The notes: a model not told the origin generated them from the sequence alone. A stretch of DNA of 64,000 nt from an uncultured Verrucomicrobiae bacterium (GCA_963788655.1 CAWBHS010000087.1:64001-128000), one strand, 5' to 3'; counted from the first letter of the stretch, positions 9,509 to 19,562 are shown. Numbers and translations are program-made.

Positions 9509-11566
9509 ATGTATTTCGGCGTCGATTATTATCCTGAACATTGGGTTTACCCGTTGGGGGGCACCCCGGAGCAACCGGAAGCCCGCTGGCAGAGTGACGT
9601 GGAATTGATGGCCGAAGTCGGGGTCAATGTCGTCCGGATGGGCGAATTTGCCTGGGGGCTGTACGAACCGGAGGAGGGCCAATACGATTTCGATTGGATG
9701 CGCCGGGCCATGGACTTGTGCGGGCAGGCCAAGATCAAAGTCGTTCTCGGCACGCCCACCGCTGCGCCGCCAATCTGGCTCGCCCGCCAGCATCCGGAAA
9801 TTCTGCCCCTCGACGAACACGGCCATCAGCGCAGTGAGGGCACCCGCCGGGCCTATTGCGTGAACAGCGACGTGTACTGGGATTATTCTCAACGCATCAT
9901 TCGGGCGCTGGTCGGCGCCCTGGGTGATCACCCGCAACTGATTGCCTGGCAAATCGACAATGGGCTGGGCGCGTACGATACTGCCGCGTCGTTCAACGAG
10001 GAAACCCGGCGGGATTGGCACGCCTGGCTGCAGGCCAAATATCAAACCGTGGCGCGCCTGAATGACCTGATGGGAAACCGTTTTTGGGCGCAGACCGTTA
10101 CCCAATGGGAGCACGTGCCGATGCCCCGAACCACGACGGCGCCGCACAATCCGGCGTTGATTGTGGACTGGATGCGCTTTTGCAGTGACACGCTGGTGGC
10201 CTACGCGCGCATGCAGGCTGAGCTGCTGCACGAACTCACGCCCAACCTGCCGGTGACCCACAACATGCGCGCGCTTAGTAGCAACTACGATTACTTTGAT
10301 CTGGCCGAAGTGCTGGATTTCGTGGCGGTGGACAGCAATGCCACGATCAAGGAGCGTTCCGCGGAACTGGCCTGCGAAATTGACCTGATGCGTTCACTGA
10401 AGAAGAGCGATATCCGCAGTCCCGACGGGGAGGCGGGTTTCTGGATTATCGAACAAAAAGCCGGGCATGTCGATTGGCAGGAGGTCAACTCCCTGGTGCG
10501 GCCCGGCGTGGTGCGGTTGTTCACGTATCAACTGGTTTCGCGCGGGGCGACGGGCGTGTTGTATTTCCTGTGGCGGCAACCGCGAATTGGCGCCGAGAAA
10601 TTCTACGGCGGCGTCCTGAACCATGATGGCCGGGCCGACAACCGGGTCTTCCAGGAAATTAAACAAATTGGTCAGGAATTGGCTTTGCTCACGCCGGCCC
10701 TCAAAGGCACCCGGGTGGCGGCGGACACGTGCATTGTTTACAGCCACGAAAACGAGTGGAGCCTGAAATACACGCGCCAGCCGAACGAGCACTTCGACTA
10801 TCGCCGGCACCTGCAACTGTTCTACAACGCGCTGCACGACCGCAATATCCCGGTGGATTTCGCGCGGCCCACGGAAGACTTGTCGAAATACAAGCTGGTG
10901 TTCGCGCCCTCGCTGCAATTGCTGGCGGGCGGTGAGGCGGATTTGCTCAAGCTTTATGTCCACAACGGCGGCACACTTGTGGGCACGTTCAATACGGGAC
11001 TGGTGGACGAACATCACATCGCGCCGGACACCGGTTTTCCCCACGATCTGACCGACCTCTTTGGCCTGGAGGTACTCGAGTTTGACGCGCTGCCGCCAGG
11101 CCAGGAGAATCATCTGACGTTCAAAGGCACGTTTCCCGCCACGCACTTGCATCCCGCGCAGGTTTGGTGCGACATCATCGAACCCCAAGGTTGCCAGGTG
11201 GTCGCCACGTATGCCGAAGACTTTTACTCGGGGCGGCCGGCGATGACCATCAATGAGTTCGGCGACGGCAAAGCCATTTACCTCGGGACCATGAGCCACC
11301 AGCATTTCTATTACGACCTGGTGGTGTGGCTTCGGCAGATGTGCAATTTGCACCCGCTGATCAAAGTGCCGGATACCATCGAGGTGAGCCTGCGACAAAA
11401 GGAGGACCGGAAAATATTCTTCCTGTTGAATCACCAAAACTCGCCCGTCCGAATCACCTTTTACAAACCGATGCACGATTTTCTGACGGGCCAGACCTTC
11501 ACGGGCAATTACGATCTACCGCCGCACGGCGTGCTGGTATTGGATGAAACCACGGCGAAAGCGTGA
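9509..11566 (+). CDS. GH42 beta-galactosidase-like protein with a non-canonical active site
   Basis: MYFGVDYYPEHW, NVVRMGEFAW..EP, LGTPTAAPPIWL, FWIIEQ and a trimerisation domain; WQIDNG where the family has W..DNE. Confidence 0.9.
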   Translation: MYFGVDYYPEHWVYPLGGTPEQPEARWQSDVELMAEVGVNVVRMGEFAWGLYEPEEGQYDFDWMRRAMDLCGQAKIKVVLGTPTAAPPIWLARQHPEILPLDEHGHQRSEGTRRAYCVNSDVYWDYSQRIIRALVGALGDHPQLIAWQIDNGLGAYDTAASFNEETRRDWHAWLQAKYQTVARLNDLMGNRFWAQTVTQWEHVPMPRTTTAPHNPALIVDWMRFCSDTLVAYARMQAELLHELTPNLPVTHNMRALSSNYDYFDLAEVLDFVAVDSNATIKERSAELACEIDLMRSLKKSDIRSPDGEAGFWIIEQKAGHVDWQEVNSLVRPGVVRLFTYQLVSRGATGVLYFLWRQPRIGAEKFYGGVLNHDGRADNRVFQEIKQIGQELALLTPALKGTRVAADTCIVYSHENEWSLKYTRQPNEHFDYRRHLQLFYNALHDRNIPVDFARPTEDLSKYKLVFAPSLQLLAGGEADLLKLYVHNGGTLVGTFNTGLVDEHHIAPDTGFPHDLTDLFGLEVLEFDALPPGQENHLTFKGTFPATHLHPAQVWCDIIEPQGCQVVATYAEDFYSGRPAMTINEFGDGKAIYLGTMSHQHFYYDLVVWLRQMCNLHPLIKVPDTIEVSLRQKEDRKIFFLLNHQNSPVRITFYKPMHDFLTGQTFTGNYDLPPHGVLVLDETTAKA

Positions 11567-11820
11567 GCTGCAATGGACCGGGGAGCGCGACGGCAAAGTT
11601 ATTGAGTGAACCGGTGCGACGCTCGAAGGCTGATTGGCGAGGCGCCAACCGCAGCACCCGGGGCGGGCGCACTCCCCTTCCAGCCACCGCAGCCTCAACT
11701 TTCAAACGGGAGGTTCCGTTCTTGCGCGCGCGCCGGTTCTGGCGCTTAATGCTGGCGGAACGCAACCAAGCACCAAAGCACGATCGAGACAGGCATCCAA
11801 AACGGACCACTGCAACCAAC

Positions 11821-12234
11821 ATGCGCATGCGACCGCCCTTTCAGTTTATGCCGCCGCTGGGGCCGCCCAAGCCCAGCGCGCGCCAACGGGTACTGGCCGA
11901 TTGGCGGGGTGTCGATTTGACTCCCCGGGAAAAGGAGAACGAGCATTCGGCGCAAGCGGTGAAGAATGTCATGACGCACGTGCTCAAGTCGCTGCGTATG
12001 GATCAACGGCGGGCAGAAGCGGAAATTGTCCGCGTCTGGAATCACCTGATCGACCCCCTCATCACCGCGCACGCGCAGCCCGTCGGCTTGGCCAAAGGCA
12101 CCTTGTTCGTCAATGTGGACAGTAATGTCTGGCTGGCGGAGATTGTGCAGTATCGCCGGCGTGAAATTTTGGACCGGCTGAAAAACAGCTTCGGGCGCGA
12201 ACTGATCCGGAAGATTTCTTTCCGCGTGGGCTGA
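11821..12234 (+). CDS. dciA: DUF721 / DciA family protein
   Basis: W..LIDPLITAHAQPVGLAKGTLFVNVDSNVWLAEI...IRKISFRVG. Start uncertain. Confidence 0.75.
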   Translation: MRMRPPFQFMPPLGPPKPSARQRVLADWRGVDLTPREKENEHSAQAVKNVMTHVLKSLRMDQRRAEAEIVRVWNHLIDPLITAHAQPVGLAKGTLFVNVDSNVWLAEIVQYRRREILDRLKNSFGRELIRKISFRVG

Positions 12235-12236
12235 AG

Positions 12237-12420
12237 AAAATCCGAAATCCGAGGACCGAAATCCGAGCGAAGACCGAAGGCCGTATTGAACCGCAGAGAG
12301 CGCACAGAACGCAGAAAAGAGTGGGCGTTGGGCGGCGGGAATGTCTTCGTTCGTGAATTGAAATCCTGGAGCTTATCCAATTCCGTTTTTTGTGATCTTG
12401 ACGTTCTTTGCGGCTGATCA
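12237..12420. repeat. AAATCCG-type heptamer array followed by a nonamer-type (CGCAGAGAG) inverted pair
   Basis: aaatccgaaatccgaggaccgaaatccgag; ccgcagagagcgcacagaacgca ... tgtgatcttgacgttctttgcgg. Confidence 0.7.
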
Positions 12421-12640
12421 ACTTCGTTGCCCGCACAAAGCCGGGAAGCGTGGAAGCGACGGAGAAGTTGCTGCTCCGCTGGGTTTGGAATTGACATTGT
12501 CATCCTGTTCGTTTTTTCTCGTTCACGTTATGGGAAGATACTTTCTGGCGATTGGCGTGAGGGCTAAGTTGAATTCTGCCTGACTCCATTAATCGACCGG
12601 TGGTTCCGCTGACAGAGTGTCAAGTGAGCGTCCGAACATT

Positions 12641-13123
12641 ATGAAAACGTGCAGCTATTGCAGCCTGGAGAATCCCGACGATCAAACTCAGTGCATAACT
12701 TGTCACACCGCTTTGGACGCGCCATCATCAGCGCGGCGGGAATTGATGATCCAATTTCAAAGTCAATCCTTTGCCCTGGCGATCTTCCATTTGGTTTGCC
12801 AGACCATCATTGCCCTCTTCGTTTCTTGGCTCCATGGATACTATTGGTATTGGATTATTCCGTTGTGCCAATTACTTGTGCTTCCTCGCGTCAATAAGCA
12901 ATCTTGGGTGATTATCGACGAGGCCGGAGTTAAAGAGGGAGACCGGATTCACGTTTTGTGGACTGAGATCGAGTCGTTGGCCAAACGAGGTTGGACTCGC
13001 GCAGTGTTTAACATGCGAGATGGTCGGAGAAAGAGCCTATCCACGTTTGACTGGCCGGCCGAGAAGAGAGATCAATTCTACGAGTTCCTGGAACACAAAA
13101 TATCGATGGGCTGCAGGTTATGA
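12641..13123 (+). CDS. Hypothetical membrane protein with an N-terminal zinc ribbon
   Basis: MKTCSYCSLENPDDQTQCITC (CxxC-x10-CxxC) followed by two hydrophobic segments. Confidence 0.65.
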   Translation: MKTCSYCSLENPDDQTQCITCHTALDAPSSARRELMIQFQSQSFALAIFHLVCQTIIALFVSWLHGYYWYWIIPLCQLLVLPRVNKQSWVIIDEAGVKEGDRIHVLWTEIESLAKRGWTRAVFNMRDGRRKSLSTFDWPAEKRDQFYEFLEHKISMGCRL

Positions 13124-13453
13124 AAAAGTACCTGGGGAACCATCCTATTGACAGCGCTTGCCTCTAACCTGATCTGGTTTGGGGTTGTGGCTTGCTGGGT
13201 CTGTTTTCAAGGCGCATCGACAGTTACCAAGGAATCAGAGTCCAACAGTGCCGCACTCGATGCCGACGTTCGCGCTCTGGAATCAAACAATTGGGGACTG
13301 TTTGTGGTGCGGGGCGCCAGTACGCAGAGTTTCATGTTCACGTATCGAGAAACGGGATCGACGCCCACCAACTTTGTGGCCACCAACCGGATCATGCAAA
13401 CGTTGCAACTTCATGACGGACAGGAGTTCAGCGTCACCGTCAAAAAGCTTTGA
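13120..13453 (+). CDS. Small hypothetical exported protein (probable 1-nt frameshift in a G-run near the 5' end)
   Basis: ATGA overlap with the previous stop; removing one G gives MKKYLGTILLTALASNLIWFGVVACW, joining ORF 13148-13453. Confidence 0.5.
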
Positions 13454-13620
13454 GCCCAATGCATGGCAAGGGAATGGAGGCAAGGGAATCAGAACTGTGG
13501 ATTAACCTTTTGGCCCTGCAAAACCCCGTTAGCCCGAGGAGTCCGGCTACGTGAGCTAATCTTGAAAAAACGTTAGTGAACAGACGACGTCTCTCACTTT
13601 GCCCAACCGTCCGCAACATT

Positions 13621-13664
13621 TCGCATCCGGCATCCGGCATCGGGCATCAGGCATCCAGTATCTG
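13621..13664. repeat. GCATCCG-type tandem repeat
   Basis: gcatccggcatccggcatcgggcatcaggcatccagtatc; the complement occurs at 29471 and 55641. Confidence 0.7.
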
Positions 13665-13678
13665 TAATCCCTTCCGCC

Positions 13679-15379
13679 TCACGCCCGAAACAACTGCCCC
13701 ATCTTCCTGCCCAAAATCCGGCCCGCCACCAGGAGGCTGACCACCAGAATGATCATACCCACAACGCCCAGGGCACACGCCACGCTGGGCGCGTTGGGCT
13801 CGATGCGGCCCATGAGTTGGTAAATCATTTTGGTGATCGGGAAATACTGTTCTTTCATGGCCAGGATGAGTCCATCGCTGACTTCGAGCATGGCAAACGA
13901 AAAGGTCAGGATGGTGCCGGCGATGAGATTGGCCATCACCAGCGGGAGGGTGATGCGCCACAATGTTCGGAGCGGCGAGGCTCCCAGATTGGCCGAGGCT
14001 TCCTCCAACGTCACACTGGTTTGTTGGAATCCTGCGTAGGCGGAGCGGACAATATACGGCAAGCGCCGCACGCTGTAACTGACGATGAGCAGCAGTGTGG
14101 GGTTGTCCCGGGGATTGAGCCAGGCGAGATCAAAGTCAAACGCCGCCACGTAGCCAAAGGCCAGCACGATGCCCGGCAACGCCAGCGGTAGCATGGCCAA
14201 TGCATCCAATAGGTTGGCGAAGGGAATCCGCCGACGCGTCAGCAACCAGGCGATCACCACACCGAGCCCCAAATCCAGCAGCGCGCTGAAGCTCGAGTAG
14301 AACAGACTGTTGCGCACGCTCGAAGCCGTCAAACCGTGCCCCACCACCTCGCCGTAATAGGCGGTGGTCCATTGCGTGGGCAAAATGCTGAAGAACCAAT
14401 GGGCCGAAAACGATTGCACGATCACCATGAAATGCGGCAGCAAGGCCACGGTGATGATCGCCAACAGGAACGCCCAAATCGCGAAGGTTTGACCACGGCT
14501 GGCCGGAGCTTCAGTCCCCAACGTGTGGCCGCGCGCCAACATCTCGTAGCGTTTGCCGGCCAGAAATTTTTTGCTCACCAGGAACAACGCCACCGTCAGC
14601 ACCAGCACAAATACCACAAGGGCATACCCCATGGGATTGGTGTTCATCGCGTTTACGGCATCGAAGATTTGCACCGGCACCACGCGCGAAAAACCGAAGA
14701 TCAGCGGTGTCCCCAAATCCGTGAACGCCCAGATGAACACGATGATGGCCCCGGCAAAGTAACCGGGCAGGATCAGCGGCAGGGTGATGGTTCGGAACAG
14801 CCGCCAACTACCGGCCCCCAGGTTTTGCGCCGCCTCGCGCAGGGCTGGATCGACGTTGGCCATGGCGGCGGACAAGTTCAGGAACATGATGGGATAGAGG
14901 TTAAGCACCTGCAGCATCACAATGCCCCAGAACCCGCCTTGTCCCAGCCAGTCGATAGGCTGGTTTTCTGGCAGCAGGCCGAGCTTCATCAACCACAAAT
15001 TGGCCGAGCCGAACCGCGCGAACAATTGACGCAAACCAATGGCGCCCACAAACGGCGGCATGATCATCGGGACGAGCAGCAGACTGCTCAGCAGCGCTTT
15101 ACCGCGGAAATTGAACCGCGTGAGCAACTGGGCCATGGGCAACGCCAGCAGCGTCGTGAACCCCGTGGTCAGCGTGGCGATCAGGAAACTATTCAACAGC
15201 GCTTCGCGCTGCAGCGGGCTGGTAAGCAGCAATTGGAAGTATTGCAGGCTGAAGCGCCCGTTGTTGACGAACGCTCCCTTGAGCAGCAAACCCACCGGGT
15301 AAAACAGGAACGTGCCAAAGAACAACACCAAGCCGCCCAGGAACAGCCAGGTTCTGAAATTCAGGTCATAGCGCTTCAT
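13679..15379 (-). CDS. Fe3+/thiamine-type ABC transporter permease (FbpB-like)
   Basis: Two EAA motifs (LREAAQNLGA, LEEASANLGA), PPFVGA and about 12 TM segments. Confidence 0.9.
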   Translation of the reverse strand: MKRYDLNFRTWLFLGGLVLFFGTFLFYPVGLLLKGAFVNNGRFSLQYFQLLLTSPLQREALLNSFLIATLTTGFTTLLALPMAQLLTRFNFRGKALLSSLLLVPMIMPPFVGAIGLRQLFARFGSANLWLMKLGLLPENQPIDWLGQGGFWGIVMLQVLNLYPIMFLNLSAAMANVDPALREAAQNLGAGSWRLFRTITLPLILPGYFAGAIIVFIWAFTDLGTPLIFGFSRVVPVQIFDAVNAMNTNPMGYALVVFVLVLTVALFLVSKKFLAGKRYEMLARGHTLGTEAPASRGQTFAIWAFLLAIITVALLPHFMVIVQSFSAHWFFSILPTQWTTAYYGEVVGHGLTASSVRNSLFYSSFSALLDLGLGVVIAWLLTRRRIPFANLLDALAMLPLALPGIVLAFGYVAAFDFDLAWLNPRDNPTLLLIVSYSVRRLPYIVRSAYAGFQQTSVTLEEASANLGASPLRTLWRITLPLVMANLIAGTILTFSFAMLEVSDGLILAMKEQYFPITKMIYQLMGRIEPNAPSVACALGVVGMIILVVSLLVAGRILGRKMGQLFRA

Positions 15380-15458
15380 CAGGTCGTGCGTCGGCGGTCC
15401 GAATTGTGTCGCGGTCAGTTCACCGGTTTGGCGCCGGCCTGGCAATCGGAAAGGGAGA

Positions 15459-15720
15459 CAAAATCCGAAGGCCGAAATCCGAGATCCGAAAGAGGCCCCT
15501 TAGCTTATATCTGAACCAGAGCGCACCATGCAGCATTGGGAAAGCTACCATTCACCGCAAAGACACGAAGGGCGCCAAGGTTGTGAAGGCAGAACCATTG
15601 CGCCCTTCCTGTCTTTGCGGTGAAAAGGAGCCTACGATGTGCAGGGGCCGGACCCCCTTGGATTTCAGGTCTTCGGTCTTAGGGCCTCTTTCGGATCTGG
15701 ATTTCGGTCTGCGGATTTTC
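15459..15720. repeat. Nested inverted repeat: outer heptamer arms, inner nonamer-type hairpin
   Basis: Outer aaatccgaaggccgaaatccgagatccgaaagaggcccct / agggcctctttcggatctggatttcggtctgcggattt; inner ttcaccgcaaagacacgaagggcgc / gcgcccttcctgtctttgcggtgaa. Confidence 0.8.
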
Positions 15721-15804
15721 AGCCGTTCTTGGATTGTCAGCCCAGGCTCAATTGATAACCTCCCAGCCGATGCACAACGAATTCAACCTTCCATTCCCAA
15801 ACGT

Positions 15805-16512
15805 ATGAAACGAACCATTCCATCCTCTTCGGTAACGGCGCTGCGGGTGTTTGTCCTCGTCGCGGCGACAGTGTGGGTGCAAGCTCCAGCCTGGGGCGGT
15901 TCCCCGGCGCGCGAGCACGTGCGCGAGATGCTGCACAACGCCGACCAGCAACTGCTCCTGGCCCAATACCAGGAATTGCGCATGTCGATCTTCCATCATG
16001 AAATCGATCTGGACACCGCACGAATCAAGATGCAGTTCACCGCCAACCCGGAACAAAAAGCGCAAATCGACAAGGAAGCTGCCATGACCCACGAGGGCGT
16101 CCGATTGTTACACAACCGGCTGGAAGAGATTCGCCGACAATTGCTTGAACAGTCCGATCAGAGCCAGTTGCAGGGCAAATGGGCCGGCAAAGAATGGGTG
16201 AGCAAGGAACAGCCCTCTTCAGACGCGGTGCAACTGGCAGTTGAAGGCGAGCGGGCCGAAGTTCGCATTCCGTCGCGGGATGAATGGTTCCGGGGAACCA
16301 TCAAACTTGGCGAAGCCCGCGGACAACCGTCGCTCGCCTTTCACATCGAAGAGTCCTCGGTACCCGATACCGTTGGGCAAACGGTGAATGCCCTATTCAA
16401 ATTGGAAGGGAACCAGTTGGTTCTCGCGGCCAATAAGCCGGGCATGCCCGAGCCACCGGAACAACTCGAGCCGTCCGGAGCGACACGGCTGTTTGTGTTC
16501 GAGAGGCAATAG
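15805..16512 (+). CDS. Exported hypothetical protein, coiled coil plus a TIGR03067-like C-terminal domain
   Basis: Signal peptide MKRTIPSS...APAWG; LQGKW...ALFKLEGNQLVLA...P..P. Confidence 0.6.
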   Translation: MKRTIPSSSVTALRVFVLVAATVWVQAPAWGGSPAREHVREMLHNADQQLLLAQYQELRMSIFHHEIDLDTARIKMQFTANPEQKAQIDKEAAMTHEGVRLLHNRLEEIRRQLLEQSDQSQLQGKWAGKEWVSKEQPSSDAVQLAVEGERAEVRIPSRDEWFRGTIKLGEARGQPSLAFHIEESSVPDTVGQTVNALFKLEGNQLVLAANKPGMPEPPEQLEPSGATRLFVFERQ

Positions 16513-16560
16513 GCTGGCCAGAGCAAGCCCCTCATTCATCGAATCAAGCTGCGGTCGGCT

Positions 16561-16633
16561 CTGCCTGCTCCTGCTCATACTCTTGCTCCTGCTCTTATCG
16601 GTCGTTTGAGTAAGAGCAAGAGCAGGAGCAAGT
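16561..16633. repeat. Hexamer (CTGCTC/GAGCAG) inverted array between convergent genes; possible bidirectional terminator
   Basis: ctgctcctgctcatactcttgctcctgctctta ... gagtaagagcaagagcaggagcaag. Confidence 0.7.
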
Positions 16634-16683
16634 TCTCAACGGATCATGCGGCGCCTACCACGCCAGATAAACGGACGCGCCGC

Positions 16684-18034
16684 TCAAGCTTCCGGATACT
16701 CCCAGCCTTGGCGATAGGTGCGGCGGAGCAATTGGTTGGCGGCGGCATCGTTTACGCACTCTTCCTTCGCGCCGTCCCATTGAATGCTGCGGCCCAGTTT
16801 GTAGCTCAGCATGCCGAGCAGACTCAGGTTCGTGGAGTAGTGAATCTCCTCGATGTCGCACACAGGCTTGGCCCCAGTAGGAATGCACTTCAGGAAGTCC
16901 GCCCAAAGTTCTTTGATGTTTTGCTGATCGGGCTCGTGCAACGTGGGTTCCTCGTGCAACTCGGATTGTCCTCGGCCGACCGGATAAAACGTCCAGCCCT
17001 TGCGCCAGCCGATGTGCATCGTGCCTTTCTCGCCGTAGAACAGGCAGCCCACGTTCTCGTTCTTCTCGGAGTTGTTGCCGGCAAATTGGCGGTGTTCCCA
17101 GGTGACGTCGAAGCCGTCAAATTTGTAGGTGGCAAGCTGGTGATCCGGCGCGTCGGTGGTTTGCTCGGTGGCGGTCAGGATCGGGCGGACCTTTGATCGG
17201 ACGGCCGCCGGTGGAAAACACTGCCTGGGGCCATTTCACGTCCATGATCCACAGGATCTGGTCCAGCCAGTGAACGCCCCAGTCGCCCAGCGTGCCGTTG
17301 GCGTAATCCAGGTACATCCGGAAACCGCGCGGATGAATAGCGCCACTCCAGGGATTGGCCGGATCGCCGTTAAACGGGCGTAGGGGGGCTGGTCCGCACC
17401 AAAGGTCCCAATTCAGTTCCTTGGGCGGTTCCTGGTTCTTTTTGGGCGTCTCGGGACCGCCGCCGTAATGCACGAAGGCGCGGATCATGCCCACCTTGCC
17501 GAGCTTGCCGGAGCGGATGAATTCGCGCCCGCTGATGTTGTGCGGCGACACGCGGCGATGCGTGCCCACCTGCACGACTTTGCCCGTGGTGCGCGCGGCC
17601 TTCACCATCGCGCGACCTTCCTTGATGGTATGACCGACGGGCTTCTCCACATACACGTGTGCTCCCGCCTTGACGGCCGCGATGGTGATCAACGGGTGCC
17701 AGTGGTCCGGCGTGGCGACGATGGCGATGTCCGGTTTAATCTTGTCAAGCAATTCGCGGTAATCCTGGAAAACCTGCGGGTCGGCGCCGGAGTCTTTCTT
17801 CACCCGCGCGCGCGTCTTGTTGAGGAATCGTTGGTCCACGTCGCACAAGGCAACAATCGGACAGACGCCGCTCGCCATGGCTTCACCCAGGATGTTGTTT
17901 CCCCACCACCCGCAACCAATCAGCGCGGTGCGATATTTCCGTGCTGGCGCCTCCGCCCCCAAAATGGGCAGGCCTGAAAACGCAAGGCCGGCGGCAGCGG
18001 TGGATTTGAGGAAATTGCGGCGGTTCATGTTCAT
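16684..18034 (-). CDS. Gfo/Idh/MocA oxidoreductase, Tat signal (frameshifted near 17.05-17.18 kb)
   Basis: MNRRNFLK, IGCGWWG, ATPDHWH, YVEKP, DWGVHWLD; the C-terminus is in ORF 16684-17052. Confidence 0.9.
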
Positions 18035-18180
18035 AACAGCTTGGATTGTTAGGACGACGCCTCCAAATGGCAATGGAAAACCAAAAGGCGCCAATAGGCC
18101 ACGACATCAGGATCATAACGGATGGATTCAATCGGCGTCGCTCGGCATGTGAATGCGGCTTTTGGGTTCGGGGTGATTCG

Positions 18181-18220
18181 AAAGCGGCAGAGGACTGCCG
18201 CACTCCAAGACTTGGCGGAA
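18181..18220. repeat. Family B REP (AAAGCG...GCACTCCA), single copy
   Basis: aaagcggcagaggactgccgcactccaagacttggcgg. Confidence 0.7.
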
Positions 18221-18294
18221 ATTCGGCCCGTTCGGCAGTGGCGCCAGCCCTTGCGCGGATTTCCAAGCTGCTGTATCGCCAGCCGCAAAAACTC

Positions 18295-18576
18295 CTAAAA
18301 GTACCGCTCCACAATCCAACGGGCCAGACTGGTGCCCAGCAGCGTGCCAAACGCGCCGGTAGCGGCGAGTCCGAACCACGACAGGAGGTATCCCAGCACC
18401 AGGTAACGGTGGGCCGCATTCCATTCGTCGCCGGCCTGCCGCCGGGTGCGGGCGTGTTCTTGCCAGGCGAGCATCGCCGCCGGCAAACCTAACAACGGCA
18501 CCAGACTCAGCACCCCGAGGGCAAAACAGCGGAGCGAGCCTTCAATCAAACGGATGCGGTGCTGAGGTCCACTCAT
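18295..18576 (-). CDS. Small membrane protein (DUF4190-like)
   Basis: CFALGVLSLVPLLG...YLVLGYLLSWFG; last gene of the pilin operon. Confidence 0.6.
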   Translation of the reverse strand: MSGPQHRIRLIEGSLRCFALGVLSLVPLLGLPAAMLAWQEHARTRRQAGDEWNAAHRYLVLGYLLSWFGLAATGAFGTLLGTSLARWIVERYF

Positions 18577-18591
18577 TTTGGTTCGGTTGCG

Positions 18592-18858
18592 TTACCGGGC
18601 CAACCCGTAAACCGCGAAAGACGTTTCCGGCATTTGATAGCCAGGGTTGCTTCCGACTGCGTTCGCGACGGCATTGGTGGTCGCAAATTTTCGGAGCTGC
18701 TTTTGTTCGATCAGCTTCAATTCCTGTTTCAACGAGTAAAGAATCCGGTTGTTGACGACGATGAACACACCCATTACCGCCAACAGCATGAAAACAATCA
18801 ATACCGCCGAACCGGCTTGGCGGCGGGGGGAATGGGGAGATGCGATTTGTAGTTTCAT
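18592..18858 (-). CDS. Minor pilin/PilX-GspK-like protein
   Basis: MKLQIASPHSPRRQAG|SAVLIVFMLLAVMG, lacking E5; ATGA overlap with the upstream gene. Confidence 0.6.
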   Translation of the reverse strand: MKLQIASPHSPRRQAGSAVLIVFMLLAVMGVFIVVNNRILYSLKQELKLIEQKQLRKFATTNAVANAVGSNPGYQMPETSFAVYGLAR

Positions 18859-19562
18859 GGTTTTGCTGACGTTGCGGGCACGGCCAGGAAGCTGAAGACC
18901 GGTTTCACCCGTGCGACTTTTTGGGCGCGCTGCAATTGGACTTCCCAACGCCAGGCAGTCACGTGGTGGCGGGAGTCTTTGACCATTTCCGATTTGGCGA
19001 CGCGCGTCAGGAATTCCACCCAGGGACGCTGCTCCCCGGCGCTCCGCCAAACCGTGTCGTCAAGCAGCACATAAGCGATTTCGTTATCCGTGTGCGGGAC
19101 GTGAAGTTCCGGACCGTTTGGCGTCTGGACCCATCGCATCGGCCCAGTCGCCTGGCGAATATCCTCACGCCACAGTTCGCCGGCTTCCATTGTGCGGGTG
19201 ATGTCTTCAGCGTTTCGTTCGAGGTAGGTATTTTGTTTATAGACTCGATAAAAGGCGGCGAAGGCCAGCCCCAGCAGGACCAACAACGCCGCGATATAGA
19301 CCAGGCATTCGATCAGTAAAAAACCGCGAGCCGTTCTGGTTCTGCCAGGCCGTAACGATTCAGTAGGACTGGCGTCCCGCCTGTCTCGAATGGAAGTAAA
19401 CCAACCAATTGCATTAGGTCGCCGAGACTTTTGCAGCGTCACCAAAAAGTGAGGCAAGCCCTGGGCTTTTCGGGACAGGCGAGACGCTTGTCCTACCTGA
19501 CCCAGTCGTCCCGTCCCTGGTCCTCGCACCGAATCGTTACGACCAGGAGAGTTCCTCCTCAT
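18855..19562 (-). CDS. Prepilin-type (PulJ/PilW-like) protein with an 80-aa leader containing a MITE
   Basis: RTARG|FLLIECLVYIAALLVLLGLA; ATG 19562 overlaps the upstream TGA. Confidence 0.8.
   Translation of the reverse strand: MRRNSPGRNDSVRGPGTGRLGQVGQASRLSRKAQGLPHFLVTLQKSRRPNAIGWFTSIRDRRDASPTESLRPGRTRTARGFLLIECLVYIAALLVLLGLAFAAFYRVYKQNTYLERNAEDITRTMEAGELWREDIRQATGPMRWVQTPNGPELHVPHTDNEIAYVLLDDTVWRSAGEQRPWVEFLTRVAKSEMVKDSRHHVTAWRWEVQLQRAQKVARVKPVFSFLAVPATSAKP
19350..19542. mobile_element. MITE/REPIN-like element (family F) inside the prepilin leader
   Basis: TIRs CCGTAACGATTC / GAATCGTTACGA (11 of 12 match), flanking CCAGG direct repeats 198 bp apart, and an inner 134-bp GTAGGAC...GTCCTAC inverted pair; homolog at 36032-36165. 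Confidence 0.85.
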
